From Flavobacteriales bacterium (GTDB lineage Bacteria; Bacteroidota; Bacteroidia; Flavobacteriales; Flavobacteriaceae): DNA of 64,000 nucleotides. Position 1 is the first letter of the stretch; each line of letters opens with the position of its first letter. Position numbers and translations under genes: made by a program. This document shows, piece after piece, positions 32,458-41,703 of the stretch. Below the pieces are notes generated by a model that saw only the letters and a list, made by a program, of their open reading frames with translations, did no database searches and was not told where the DNA came from. The stretch lies in the NCBI GenBank assembly GCA_011524905.1, contig WTJI01000055.1:76630-140629 (forward strand). Reading direction: 5' to 3'.

Positions 32458-33363
32458 TTAAAGTCTAGGATGAAATTTTTCCATGACTTGTTGCAGATAG
32501 CGCGTATCAATGTGGGTGTATATTTCTGTGGTAGTGATGCTTTCATGTCCCAATAAGACTTGAATAGACCTGAGATCAGCTCCATTTTCCAGGAGGTGGG
32601 TAGCAAAGGAATGCCTGAAAGTATGAGGACTTACTTTTTTTCTTATTCCTGCTAATTCAGCCGTCTTTTGAACGATCAAAAAAATCATATTTCTTGTTAA
32701 GGCCTTTCCATTTCTATTTAAGAATACAAAATTCTCAAAGCCCTTTTGAATTTTTTGGTAAACCTGTACCTCTGTCAAATAGGTTTGGATAAAATCTAGT
32801 GCAAAGTCACCCAGAGGGACTAATCTTTGCTTGTTACCTTTCCCAGTGATTCGAACTATTTTTTCTTTTGCAAAAAGATCAGACTTTTGCAAATTGACCA
32901 ACTCACTCACCCTTAATCCACTGCCGTAGAGGGTTTCTAGTATAGCCCGGTTGCGAATACCTTCGGGTTTACTCAAATCAATAACTTCTAACATTTTAAT
33001 TATTTCATCAAAATTTAGGGTGTCGGGCAGCTTTCGCCCTATTTTAGGTGCTTCAAGCCATTGAATTGGCTGGTCATCACGGTACTTTTCAAACACCAAG
33101 AATTTAAAGAAACTCTTTAAACCCGATATTCTTCTGCTCTGTGAATAGGCACTTTTTTCTTTGGCTTCTTCATATATAAATTGCTGCAAAGTTTCAGCTT
33201 TTATATTTATGGGTGTTTGATCAATCCCGTGGTTTTCAAGGAATTGAACAAGCGCTTTTAAATCGAGTTGGTAATTTATTATTGTGTTTTCTGAAAGCCC
33301 TCTTTCAATGCCAAGATAATAGCCAAAGTCTTCTATGGCATTACTCCACTTCATTATTGTCAT
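32458..33363 (-). CDS. xerD: Site-specific tyrosine recombinase XerD
   Basis: 301 aa. N-terminal SAM-like domain (YLGIERGLSENTIINY), catalytic residues R...HTFRHSFATHLL...GHESITTTEIYTH. Confidence 0.88.
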   Translation of the reverse strand: MTIMKWSNAIEDFGYYLGIERGLSENTIINYQLDLKALVQFLENHGIDQTPINIKAETLQQFIYEEAKEKSAYSQSRRISGLKSFFKFLVFEKYRDDQPIQWLEAPKIGRKLPDTLNFDEIIKMLEVIDLSKPEGIRNRAILETLYGSGLRVSELVNLQKSDLFAKEKIVRITGKGNKQRLVPLGDFALDFIQTYLTEVQVYQKIQKGFENFVFLNRNGKALTRNMIFLIVQKTAELAGIRKKVSPHTFRHSFATHLLENGADLRSIQVLLGHESITTTEIYTHIDTRYLQQVMEKFHPRL

Positions 33364-35302
33364 AACTTAATCCCCAGCCAAAAGGGTATAAAGGGGCTCC
33401 AGAATCATAGGGTAAATCCTCCTTTTGTTTTTCTACAGCATGTTGGCTGCTAGGTATTTCTATGGGAAGTTTACCACTAGGGCTAAAATCACCAAAAATC
33501 AAATCGAAAATGACCTTTTCGCTGCATAAAAAATCTGCAATTAGAGCACTAGAGGCTGCTGCGATTTCGGGAATGATGGGTGGACGGTTAAGTGAAAATA
33601 CTACAATACCAGGTTTGGATTTCATCAACTTTAACCAAGGTGCCTTTTCTTCTGGTGTAAAGTATAAACGCCCTTGTTTCATAAAACGTTCCATTAGGTA
33701 TTCACTCCTTGGCTCAAAAGGTTCGGGAAGTTTAAGGAGAACAAAATCTGCTTTTTCTACTTGATCGACCAACGTAGCATGTTTTTTTACTGCTTCGATG
33801 TCTGAAAAACCAGACACATAAACTTGCAATCCCTTTTTCAATGGCAACACCTCCGCATCATTTTTTAATAAGACTAGGGCTTTTTGCTGTGCTGCAATAC
33901 CAGTTTCTTTATTTTTATTTTGATTAAGTAAATCTGTGTTGGAGAGCGGTAGATAGGGGTTGTCAAATAAGCCTAATTTAAATTTATCTTTTAAAATACG
34001 TTTGACGGAAAGGTTAATGCGTTCTGTGGTAATTTGCCCTTCTTGTACCAAATCGATGATCCATTGTGGTTGCATTTCTCCGCCAAACATATCAGAGCCT
34101 GCATTAATGACTTGAAGTGCTCTTTCTTTTTCACTTAATGATTCTAGACCATAAGCAGATGCTGGTTTGACGGGTAAATCTGAAATGATTCCCCAATCCG
34201 TACAAACAACTCCTTCAAAACCATAGGTGTTTCGCAATAAGCCGGTGATGATTTTTTTATTGAAAGCAAAACCTACTTCCTTATAATCTTGTCCAATGGG
34301 CACCCCATAATAGGGCATGATTTGCGCTGTTTTAGCGGGAAAAGCACCTTTTTCAAAGGGGATAAGATGGTAGTCAAAGGCAGCACCTGGATAAACTTGG
34401 TTTTTACCATATGCAAAGTGAGCGTCTTCACCATCTTCTTGTGGTCCTCCACCGGGGAAGTGTTTGGTCATACAGGCAACACTATTGGTGTCTAAACTAT
34501 CTCCCTGAAATCCTCTGACATAAGCCCGTGTCATTTCAGCACTCAGATAAGCATCTTCACCAAAAGTGCCATTAATTCTTGTCCAGCGGGGTTCGGTTGC
34601 TAGATCAGCCATAGGCGATAGCGCTAAATGGATGCCCACAGCTCGGTATTCTTGTCGGGCTATTGTAGCAAATTGTTCTACCAGTAAACTATCCCGAGTG
34701 GCAGCCAATCCCAATGGAGTGGGCCAGGCTGTGAAGTCGGGTGTAGGTATAGAAGCCCCCATTACATCTACGGCTCCGTGTCGTGGATCCGTAGCAATTG
34801 TGACAGGAATTCCTAAACGGGTGCGTTCAGCTGCTTTTTGAAGGGTATTGCTCCATCGTATCATTTCCATAGCTGTCGGAGATTGAACAATATTGAAATG
34901 ATTCATTTTCTTGTCGATTAGCAAGGAGGAATTGGCAGGTAATAACCATGAAAAAAAATCATCTATCCGTGGAAGCTCACTCAGTTGACCTTCCACACCA
35001 ATCCCTGCCATAGTGATAAACATACACCCTGCTTTCTCAGCCAATGTCATTTGACTGATCAGATCCTCAACTCTTTCATCGACTCCTCTTCTTTTGTCTT
35101 CATAGGGATCTAGCTTACCGTTTTTGTTTAAATCACGGAAAACAAAACCATCTTCCTCAAGGACCGCAGCTTCAGGCCCTAATTGACTCAAGTGTTGAGA
35201 AGATTGCCACTTCAGTCGTAGATAATACCCCCCTAATAGTAAAAGTATGGATACCAATACCAAGAGTATGATTTGTAAACTTCTTTGTAAAATTTTGTGC
35301 AT
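33341..35302 (-). CDS. Glycoside hydrolase family 3 beta-glucosidase-like enzyme (two-domain form)
   Basis: 653 aa with an N-terminal TM/signal. GH3 motifs (TKHFPGGG, VVCTDWG). Ends just after GWGLSY. Confidence 0.85.
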   Translation of the reverse strand: MHKILQRSLQIILLVLVSILLLLGGYYLRLKWQSSQHLSQLGPEAAVLEEDGFVFRDLNKNGKLDPYEDKRRGVDERVEDLISQMTLAEKAGCMFITMAGIGVEGQLSELPRIDDFFSWLLPANSSLLIDKKMNHFNIVQSPTAMEMIRWSNTLQKAAERTRLGIPVTIATDPRHGAVDVMGASIPTPDFTAWPTPLGLAATRDSLLVEQFATIARQEYRAVGIHLALSPMADLATEPRWTRINGTFGEDAYLSAEMTRAYVRGFQGDSLDTNSVACMTKHFPGGGPQEDGEDAHFAYGKNQVYPGAAFDYHLIPFEKGAFPAKTAQIMPYYGVPIGQDYKEVGFAFNKKIITGLLRNTYGFEGVVCTDWGIISDLPVKPASAYGLESLSEKERALQVINAGSDMFGGEMQPQWIIDLVQEGQITTERINLSVKRILKDKFKLGLFDNPYLPLSNTDLLNQNKNKETGIAAQQKALVLLKNDAEVLPLKKGLQVYVSGFSDIEAVKKHATLVDQVEKADFVLLKLPEPFEPRSEYLMERFMKQGRLYFTPEEKAPWLKLMKSKPGIVVFSLNRPPIIPEIAAASSALIADFLCSEKVIFDLIFGDFSPSGKLPIEIPSSQHAVEKQKEDLPYDSGAPLYPFGWGLSYDNNEVE

Positions 35303-35393
35303 GCTATCAAATTGCTGAAAGGAAATTACTAAAACTTATCTTACTTTTGAAGATCGAAAGCAAAATCCTTGGTAAATATAGATCCTAAATTTT

Positions 35394-35816
35394 ATGAAAA
35401 TTGCTATCATTAACGGTCCCAATTTAAATTTACTTGGTACCCGTGAGCCAGGTATTTATGGAAACCAAACATTTGACGCTTACTACGATCACCTTAAGAA
35501 AAGTTATCCACAGGTTGAATTTCAGTATGTTCAATCCAACATTGAAGGTGAAATTATTGATGCCCTCCAAAAATTTGGCTTTGCGGTAGACGGTATTCTA
35601 CTTAATGCAGCTGCTTACACCCATACTTCTGTGGGTATTGGGGATTGTATCAAAGGCATAGATGCCCCAGTGATTGAAATTCACATTTCTAATACTTTTT
35701 CTCGAGAAGATTTCCGCCATAGGTCATATATCACTCCTGCAGCCAAAGGCTTGATTGTTGGTTTTGGTTTGGATAGTTATCGATTGGGAGTTGAAAGTAT
35801 TTTATCCGCTAAATAA
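35394..35816 (+). CDS. aroQ: Type II 3-dehydroquinate dehydratase
   Basis: 140 aa, MKIAIINGPNLNLLGTREPGIYG...NAAAYTHTSV...EIHISN. Confidence 0.95.
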   Translation: MKIAIINGPNLNLLGTREPGIYGNQTFDAYYDHLKKSYPQVEFQYVQSNIEGEIIDALQKFGFAVDGILLNAAAYTHTSVGIGDCIKGIDAPVIEIHISNTFSREDFRHRSYITPAAKGLIVGFGLDSYRLGVESILSAK

Positions 35817-35822
35817 ATAGGG

Positions 35823-37058
35823 TTAATCTACGGCTGTCTTTTTAAAACGATAGGTCGCAAGACTCCCGATAAAAGCAAAAATCGCTAAAAAAATAAATAA
35901 TTGTTGGTGTCCCCATATACCAGGGGAACCATCTAAAAAATAACCCATAATTGGTCCAATGAAAATATCAGGTGTATAACCGATTACTGATATCAAGCCA
36001 ACTGCCGTTCCAGTCAGTTCAAAGGGAATTTTCCCCTCTTGCATGGCAGCAAAATAGACAGCTCGAAGAGTATAAGTTCCAGTTGCTGTGAGGATTAATG
36101 TAATGATAAATAAACCCGTTGCCGCTGCTGTTACTTTGCCAGAAGCAAAGAGTAATGCCCCTAAAAGCATCAGTAAAAAGGAACCAAAAAGTACACGGGT
36201 ATTTTGCCAACGGTCTGCAAAAAGCCCAACCATTACACATATCAATGGGCGAAGATACATCTGATAGCTGCCTACTTTGGCAGCAGTAACTTCATCATAG
36301 CCCATGATTTCTGCGGCATAGAGGGAAAATACATCCGTTATTTTATATCCGATGTACGCCGACAAAACGATTATCATTAACATGCGCACAGCTGGAAGTG
36401 AAAAAGCATTTTTTATATCTGTTATGGAGTCAGAACGATTGGCTTTGGTAAGGTTGTTACCATCTTGTAAGAAGAAGTAAACCAGCACTCCAACCAGCAT
36501 ACAAAAAGTTGCTGCAATTCGAATAACCCATTGAAATGCTTCTTTTCGGGTGCTGAGGTCAGCATCGGTAACTGCCGTTGGTAAAAAAGAAGCAAATATC
36601 CAAACGCCTATAGCGCCTAAGCTAGCGGCAATAAATCCGCGGCCACCCTCTAAAAACCCAAACGCTTTTCCTTGTTGGGTCAATCCACCCCAAGATCGTG
36701 TGGCTTTGATCATGGCAGACCAAAACAAAAAGATGGTTGTAAAGCCCCAATACCCATAGAGTATTTGTAAGGTTTCTAGCCCTGGGATACTAGCCATATA
36801 AAATCCTCCGATAGCTGTTAAGATGAGCGCAACAGCCATTAGTTTTCTAGGTTCATACCGATCGGCCAAAGCACCCCCCGTCAAATAGGAAATTAATGCA
36901 ACAATACCATAGGTGGAATAACATTTTCCCAGTTCAACGTTGGTTAATTCAAATACAGCTAAGAAGGTAGGTCGAAAAACCCTGGCCAGTACAAAGGGCA
37001 GTAAGAAAATAGCTTCACCAGCAAAAATCAACAGTAAAATTTTAATTGGATTCTTCAT
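35823..37058 (-). CDS. MFS transporter
   Basis: About 12 predicted TM helices. The ATG at 37058 is preferred because the lpdA terminator occupies 37091-37108. Confidence 0.75.
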   Translation of the reverse strand: MKNPIKILLLIFAGEAIFLLPFVLARVFRPTFLAVFELTNVELGKCYSTYGIVALISYLTGGALADRYEPRKLMAVALILTAIGGFYMASIPGLETLQILYGYWGFTTIFLFWSAMIKATRSWGGLTQQGKAFGFLEGGRGFIAASLGAIGVWIFASFLPTAVTDADLSTRKEAFQWVIRIAATFCMLVGVLVYFFLQDGNNLTKANRSDSITDIKNAFSLPAVRMLMIIVLSAYIGYKITDVFSLYAAEIMGYDEVTAAKVGSYQMYLRPLICVMVGLFADRWQNTRVLFGSFLLMLLGALLFASGKVTAAATGLFIITLILTATGTYTLRAVYFAAMQEGKIPFELTGTAVGLISVIGYTPDIFIGPIMGYFLDGSPGIWGHQQLFIFLAIFAFIGSLATYRFKKTAVD

Positions 37059-37083
37059 GAATTGGAATTGGCCTTGCATAAAA

Positions 37084-37110
37084 ATAAAAAAACAGCCCGA
37101 AGGCTGTTTT
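37084..37110 (-). terminator. Rho-independent terminator after lpdA
   Basis: Minus-strand RNA reads AACAGCC-UUCG-GGCUGUU plus a U run. Confidence 0.75.
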
Positions 37111-37129
37111 ATATTTCTCTAAAATTGAT

Positions 37130-38524
37130 TTATAAATGAATGACTTCATCATAAGCATCTGCCACGGCTTCCATCACCGCTTCACTCATGGTTGGATGGG
37201 GATGAACAGCTTTTAAAATCTCATGTCCTGTGGTTTCAAGCTTGCGACCAAGTACGGCTTCTGCAATCATATCTGTTACACCAGCACCAATCATATGGCA
37301 GCCTAACCATTCCCCATATTTCGCATCAAAGATTACCTTGACAAATCCATCTGAACTTCCAGAGGCCTGCGCTTTCCCAGAGGCAGAAAAGGGAAACTTA
37401 CCAATTTTGACATCCAATCCTTTTTCTTTGGCTTGTTGTTCCGTTAGGCCAACTGAAGCGATTTCAGGATAGCAATAAGTACATCCCGGGATGTTGCCAT
37501 AATCAAGGGGTTCTACGTTCATACCTGCTATTTTTTCTACACAAATAATACCTTCTGCTGAAGCGACATGTGCCAGCGCAGGACCAGCAGTGATATCACC
37601 TATGGCATAATAACCTGGTTGGTTGGTTTGATAAAAGTCATTAACAAGAATTTTATCTCGATCTGTTGCAATTCCAACTTCTTCAAGGCCAATCTCCTCC
37701 AAATTGGTTTTTATTCCTACCGCAGATAAAACAACATCTGCTTCGAGAGTTAGTTCTTTGTCTTTTGTTTTCACACTCGCTTTGACACCCTTCCCTTTAG
37801 TATCTACTGCCGTAACCTCCGCAGCAGTAAGGATTTCTATGCCATTTTTTTTGAAATTGCGTTCTAATTGCTTTGATATTTCTTCATCCTCCACTGGTAC
37901 AATTCTGTCTTGGTATTCTACAATGGTGACATCAGTGCCCATGGCCTTGTAGAAATAAGCAAATTCAATTCCAATCGCTCCAGATCCAACGACGATTATT
38001 TTCTTGGGTTGTTTATCCAAAGTCATTGCTTTGCGGTAGCCAATTACTTTTTTCCCATCTTGGGGTAGGTTGGGTAGTTCTCGAGAACGCGCCCCAGTGG
38101 CAATGATAATATGCTTCGCTTCGTATTGGTTTTCTGTTCCGTCTTGAGTTGCAACAGCTACTTTTTTACCTGGCAAGACTTTACCAAGCCCCTCAAGGAC
38201 ATCAATTTTATTTTTTTTCATCAAAAATTGAACCCCCTTACTCATTCCAGCAGCAACGTTTCTACTCCGATTGACCACGGCATCAAAATCTTTATCGTAT
38301 TCTTTGACCGACAATCCATAATCTGAAGCATGCTTGAGGTATTCAAAAACTTGTGCTGATTTGAGTAAGGCTTTAGTTGGAATACATCCCCAATTGAGAC
38401 ATACGCCACCCAGGCTTTCTTTTTCCACTACAGCGGTTTTAAACCCCAATTGTGAAGCACGGATAGCCGTTACATAACCTCCAGGTCCACTCCCAACTAC
38501 AATAATATCATACTGATTTGCCAT
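37130..38524 (-). CDS. lpdA: Dihydrolipoyl dehydrogenase
   Basis: 464 aa, GSGPGGY, redox-active GGVCLNWGCIPTK, C-terminal HPHPTMSE. Confidence 0.93.
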   Translation of the reverse strand: MANQYDIIVVGSGPGGYVTAIRASQLGFKTAVVEKESLGGVCLNWGCIPTKALLKSAQVFEYLKHASDYGLSVKEYDKDFDAVVNRSRNVAAGMSKGVQFLMKKNKIDVLEGLGKVLPGKKVAVATQDGTENQYEAKHIIIATGARSRELPNLPQDGKKVIGYRKAMTLDKQPKKIIVVGSGAIGIEFAYFYKAMGTDVTIVEYQDRIVPVEDEEISKQLERNFKKNGIEILTAAEVTAVDTKGKGVKASVKTKDKELTLEADVVLSAVGIKTNLEEIGLEEVGIATDRDKILVNDFYQTNQPGYYAIGDITAGPALAHVASAEGIICVEKIAGMNVEPLDYGNIPGCTYCYPEIASVGLTEQQAKEKGLDVKIGKFPFSASGKAQASGSSDGFVKVIFDAKYGEWLGCHMIGAGVTDMIAEAVLGRKLETTGHEILKAVHPHPTMSEAVMEAVADAYDEVIHL

Positions 38525-38546
38525 AAGTCATAATTTAAAATCAGTG

Positions 38547-38554
38547 CAAAAATA
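38547..38554 (-). promoter_or_regulatory. Bacteroidota -7 promoter box (TATTTTTG) for lpdA
   Basis: Plus strand CAAAAATA, 22 nt upstream of the lpdA ATG, in the msrB-lpdA spacer. Confidence 0.45.
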
Positions 38555-38571
38555 CAAAATTGACCACGAAG

Positions 38572-38985
38572 TTAGTCTCCCTTTTTTTGCTCTTTGAAGT
38601 CGATACTTACCGAATTTACACAATAACGCATTCCCGTTGCTGTTGGTCCATCATCAAAAACATGTCCTTGGTGAGAGCCACATTGGGCACAGACTATTTC
38701 CGTTCTCAGCATGCCGTGGCTATTGTCTTTTTTGTATTCTATTGCTCCTGGGATAGCAGCGTCAAAGCTTGGCCATCCACAACCACTTTCAAACTTATTA
38801 TTGCTTTGGTATAGACTTGCACCACAGCCTTTGCAGAGGTAAGTCCCAGTTTCGAAATGATTGTTGAATGCTCCAGAAAATGGATGCTCTGTACCTTGTT
38901 CTCGTAGCACATTATAGGACAGTGGATCTAGTTGTTTTTTCCATTCTGCATCTGTTTTTTCTACGGGATAACTACTCTTTTTCAT
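38572..38985 (-). CDS. msrB: Peptide-methionine (R)-S-oxide reductase, cytoplasmic, 2-Cys type
   Basis: Starts at MKKSSYPVEKTDAEWKK with no signal peptide. Zn motifs CKGCG and CAQCG, resolving Cys in SGCGWPSF, catalytic RYCVNS. Confidence 0.9.
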   Translation of the reverse strand: MKKSSYPVEKTDAEWKKQLDPLSYNVLREQGTEHPFSGAFNNHFETGTYLCKGCGASLYQSNNKFESGCGWPSFDAAIPGAIEYKKDNSHGMLRTEIVCAQCGSHQGHVFDDGPTATGMRYCVNSVSIDFKEQKKGD

Positions 38986-39460
38986 CAGCAGGTATAAATT
39001 GAAGTGCGGCCGAATTGATACAGTGTCTTTTACCAGTTGTATTTCTTGGTCCATCGTCAAAAACATGTCCCAAGTGACCTCCACAATTAGCACATTTGAG
39101 CTCTGTTCGAGCATAGCCCAATTTATAATCCACATCATATTCTATGTGCGCATCGATCCCCCTGTCAAAAGAAGGCCATCCGCTGCCAGAATCAAACTTG
39201 TGTTGGGATTCATACAAAAGGGTGCCACAACCTTGACATACATACTTACCAGCTGCGTAATTTTTATCATAAAGGTTCGTAAAGGGTCGTTCGGTGCCTG
39301 CTTGACGTAACACATAGAAAGACATGTCTGAAAGTTCTTCACGCCATTCTGCTTCCGTCTTTTGAATGGTATATTCTTTTTTTGGAGTGGGTTTAGCTGA
39401 CTTAGATTGGCATGAGAGTGTACCAAATACGAGTAGTGCCAATAAGGTTTTCTTCATCAT
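38972..39460 (-). CDS. msrB: Peptide-methionine (R)-S-oxide reductase, exported or lipoprotein form lacking the resolving Cys
   Basis: MMKKTLLALLVFGTLSCQSKS signal or lipoprotein peptide. CQGCG and CANCG, SGSGWPSF (Ser instead of Cys), catalytic RHCINS. Its stop overlaps the next msrB start by 14 nt. Confidence 0.88.
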   Translation of the reverse strand: MMKKTLLALLVFGTLSCQSKSAKPTPKKEYTIQKTEAEWREELSDMSFYVLRQAGTERPFTNLYDKNYAAGKYVCQGCGTLLYESQHKFDSGSGWPSFDRGIDAHIEYDVDYKLGYARTELKCANCGGHLGHVFDDGPRNTTGKRHCINSAALQFIPADEKE

Positions 39461-39622
39461 TTTTTTTCTAAAATTAAAAATATTTTTCGCTTCACGCACT
39501 CTGAATCCTTGTATTAACACAAAAGAATTTGGTGAAATAAAAGTCGAGCGCATGGGAATCAATTTAAAATACTATTTTAACGCCACTATATTAAACCTGC
39601 AATGCAGAAAAGAAACTGACTC

Positions 39623-40939
39623 ATGCTTGAAAAAGGAAGTAAAAAATTAATTAATGCTTGGGCCTTTTATGATTGGGCCAATTCTGTGTATTCACTTGTT
39701 ATATCGTCTGCGATATTTCCTATTTACTTTGGTTTGTTATTCGAAACCGAAAACACCATACCCTTGCTGGGATATGAAGTGAAAAACACAGCCATGATCT
39801 CGTTTGTCACAGCATCAGCATTTCTTGTCGTCGCATTTATTTCTCCATTGTTGTCGGGTATTGCAGATTACATTGGGAACAAAAAACGCTTTATGAAGCT
39901 ATTTGTCTATCTGGGTTCCATATCATGTGCAGGATTGTATTGGTTTGAAATAGAAACGATATACACCGGCTTATTTTTCTATTTTATGGCATTGATTGGT
40001 TTGTGGGCTAGTCTTGTCTTCTACAATTCTTATTTGCCAGATATTGCTTTTCCACATCAGCAAGACCGGGCTAGTGCACGCGGTTTTTCGATGGGTTACA
40101 TTGGAAGTGTTTTGTTGTTGCTTTTCAACCTAACTATGGTGATGCAACCTCAATGGTATGGTATTACAGGAACAGAATTAGAAGCTAGTCTAAAAGCCAT
40201 GAAATATTCTTTCATTTCTGTAGGTTTTTGGTGGGCTGGGTTTAGTCAAGTTTCATTTTATTTTTTACCGAAAGGGAATTCAAACGCACAAAAAATGACC
40301 AAAGATATTTTTTGGAATGGCTTTAGAGAATTGCGTATGGTTTGGCATGAACTAAAGGATAACTTTAAACTTAAGCGGTATTTAGGCGCTTTTTTTGTTT
40401 ATAGCATGTCATTACAAACAGTTTTATTGGTAGCAGCTTATTTTGGAGAAGAAGAGATTGCTTGGTCTTCTACTAGCGAAAAAACGACAGGGTTGATAAT
40501 TAGTATCTTATTAATACAGCTTGTCGGGATATTGGGTGCTATTGTCACCTCACGATCCTCTGAGCGTTTTGGTAATATTCCAACTTTAGTGGCTGTTAAC
40601 TTTATTTGGGCAGGTCTATGTGTATATGCTTATTACATTCAAACACCCTTTCAGTTTTATTGCATAGCTGGCATGGTGGGGATGGTTATGGGAGGACTTC
40701 AAGCCTTGTCGCGTTCTACTTATTCCAAATATTTACCCGTAACAGAAGACACGACATCTTATTTTAGTTTTTATGATGTTACCGAAAAAATAGGTATCAT
40801 AATTGGGATGTTGTTATTTGGGTCTTTAGATCAAATAACGGGCAGTATGCGCTCTGCTATACTTTTTTTCGTTGTTTCATTTGTAATTGGCGCATTGCTT
40901 CTTTTGCGCGTACCACGGTTAAAATCTAGCGTTCAATAA
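39623..40939 (+). CDS. MFS transporter, UMF1/Atg22-like family
   Basis: 438 aa. INAWAFYDWANSVYSLVISSAIFPIYF is the characteristic N-terminus, followed by about 12 TM helices. Confidence 0.78.
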   Translation: MLEKGSKKLINAWAFYDWANSVYSLVISSAIFPIYFGLLFETENTIPLLGYEVKNTAMISFVTASAFLVVAFISPLLSGIADYIGNKKRFMKLFVYLGSISCAGLYWFEIETIYTGLFFYFMALIGLWASLVFYNSYLPDIAFPHQQDRASARGFSMGYIGSVLLLLFNLTMVMQPQWYGITGTELEASLKAMKYSFISVGFWWAGFSQVSFYFLPKGNSNAQKMTKDIFWNGFRELRMVWHELKDNFKLKRYLGAFFVYSMSLQTVLLVAAYFGEEEIAWSSTSEKTTGLIISILLIQLVGILGAIVTSRSSERFGNIPTLVAVNFIWAGLCVYAYYIQTPFQFYCIAGMVGMVMGGLQALSRSTYSKYLPVTEDTTSYFSFYDVTEKIGIIIGMLLFGSLDQITGSMRSAILFFVVSFVIGALLLLRVPRLKSSVQ

Positions 40940-41693
40940 GTTTGATTTTTCCACTCCCAGCTGTTTTACTCTTTACTTTGGGTGGACTGCCATAGACACT
41001 CACATTTCCAGAACCAGCAATGGATGAGTTTATACTTTTAAGGCTATGTAGATAAATATGTCCTGAACCTGACAAACTTGCATCTGATGATTGTGTCTTG
41101 AGGTTTTTGCAATCAATAATTCCAGAACCGGCCAGTCGACTCGAAAGATTTTCGCTTTGTCCGTGTAGTTCTAAGCGACCAGACCCAGATAAGGATACGG
41201 TAGTTTGTCGGGTATCCAAGTCTAATTCAATTTTACCGGATCCAGATAATTGAGCTTTAAATTGCTGAATTTGTAGGGTGTCTTCAGTTTGGATACGACC
41301 AGAACCACTAAGACTAACGCTGCTAAGGGATTCAAAAGGTATACGAACACGAATAGTACTGTTCTTACTCTGGCTTTTAAACATTTTTTTCCATTGGGTA
41401 GCATATTTGATTCGTAGCCCATTAGAAGTATTTTCTACTTCGACTTCTTCAAGTAGACTTTGTGGACCACTCAATTCAATCTTTCCCTCTTCCCCTCGGT
41501 ATAATATTACTTCAAAATCGCCTTCAATCCGTAAGGCATCATAAGGTCTTACATTTCGGTTTTGAACCTTATTTTCTATACTTGTAGCAGGCTTATCAGT
41601 CCAGCCCTTTAAGCCATTATAAGTTTGAGCATTACTCTGTGCCCACACACTCAGGTTGAGCAAAAATAGGAGTGTAAGTATCAAATTTTTCAT
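40926..41693 (-). CDS. Secreted DUF2807 / GIN-domain beta-solenoid repeat protein
   Basis: 255 aa with a signal peptide. Seven (L/I/T)(S/A)GSG repeats spaced about 21 aa apart. Confidence 0.7.
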   Translation of the reverse strand: MKNLILTLLFLLNLSVWAQSNAQTYNGLKGWTDKPATSIENKVQNRNVRPYDALRIEGDFEVILYRGEEGKIELSGPQSLLEEVEVENTSNGLRIKYATQWKKMFKSQSKNSTIRVRIPFESLSSVSLSGSGRIQTEDTLQIQQFKAQLSGSGKIELDLDTRQTTVSLSGSGRLELHGQSENLSSRLAGSGIIDCKNLKTQSSDASLSGSGHIYLHSLKSINSSIAGSGNVSVYGSPPKVKSKTAGSGKIKLIER

Positions 41694-41703
41694 AATCGTA
41701 TTT

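Noticed and set aside
32458-33363. The tyrosine recombinase might mark an integrated mobile element.
   Set aside because: The sequence has a full XerD-type architecture and motifs. The flanking genes are housekeeping, and no att-like repeats, tRNA target or cargo genes are present. It is called as chromosomal xerD.
33341-33420. The GH3 gene ends immediately after the GWGLSY motif and overlaps xerD by 23 nt, which could mean a truncated or pseudogenised glycosidase.
   Set aside because: The ORF is intact with both catalytic-domain regions. Two-domain GH3 enzymes lacking the C-terminal Fn3-like domain exist. No remnant of a further domain is visible downstream in any frame.
38525-38571. A functional link between the msrB pair and the downstream lpdA, with Lpd acting as reductant supplier.
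   Set aside because: A good -7 box (38547-38554) sits in the spacer, so lpdA probably has its own promoter. Adjacency alone is insufficient, and Lpd is cytoplasmic, so it cannot serve the exported MsrB directly.
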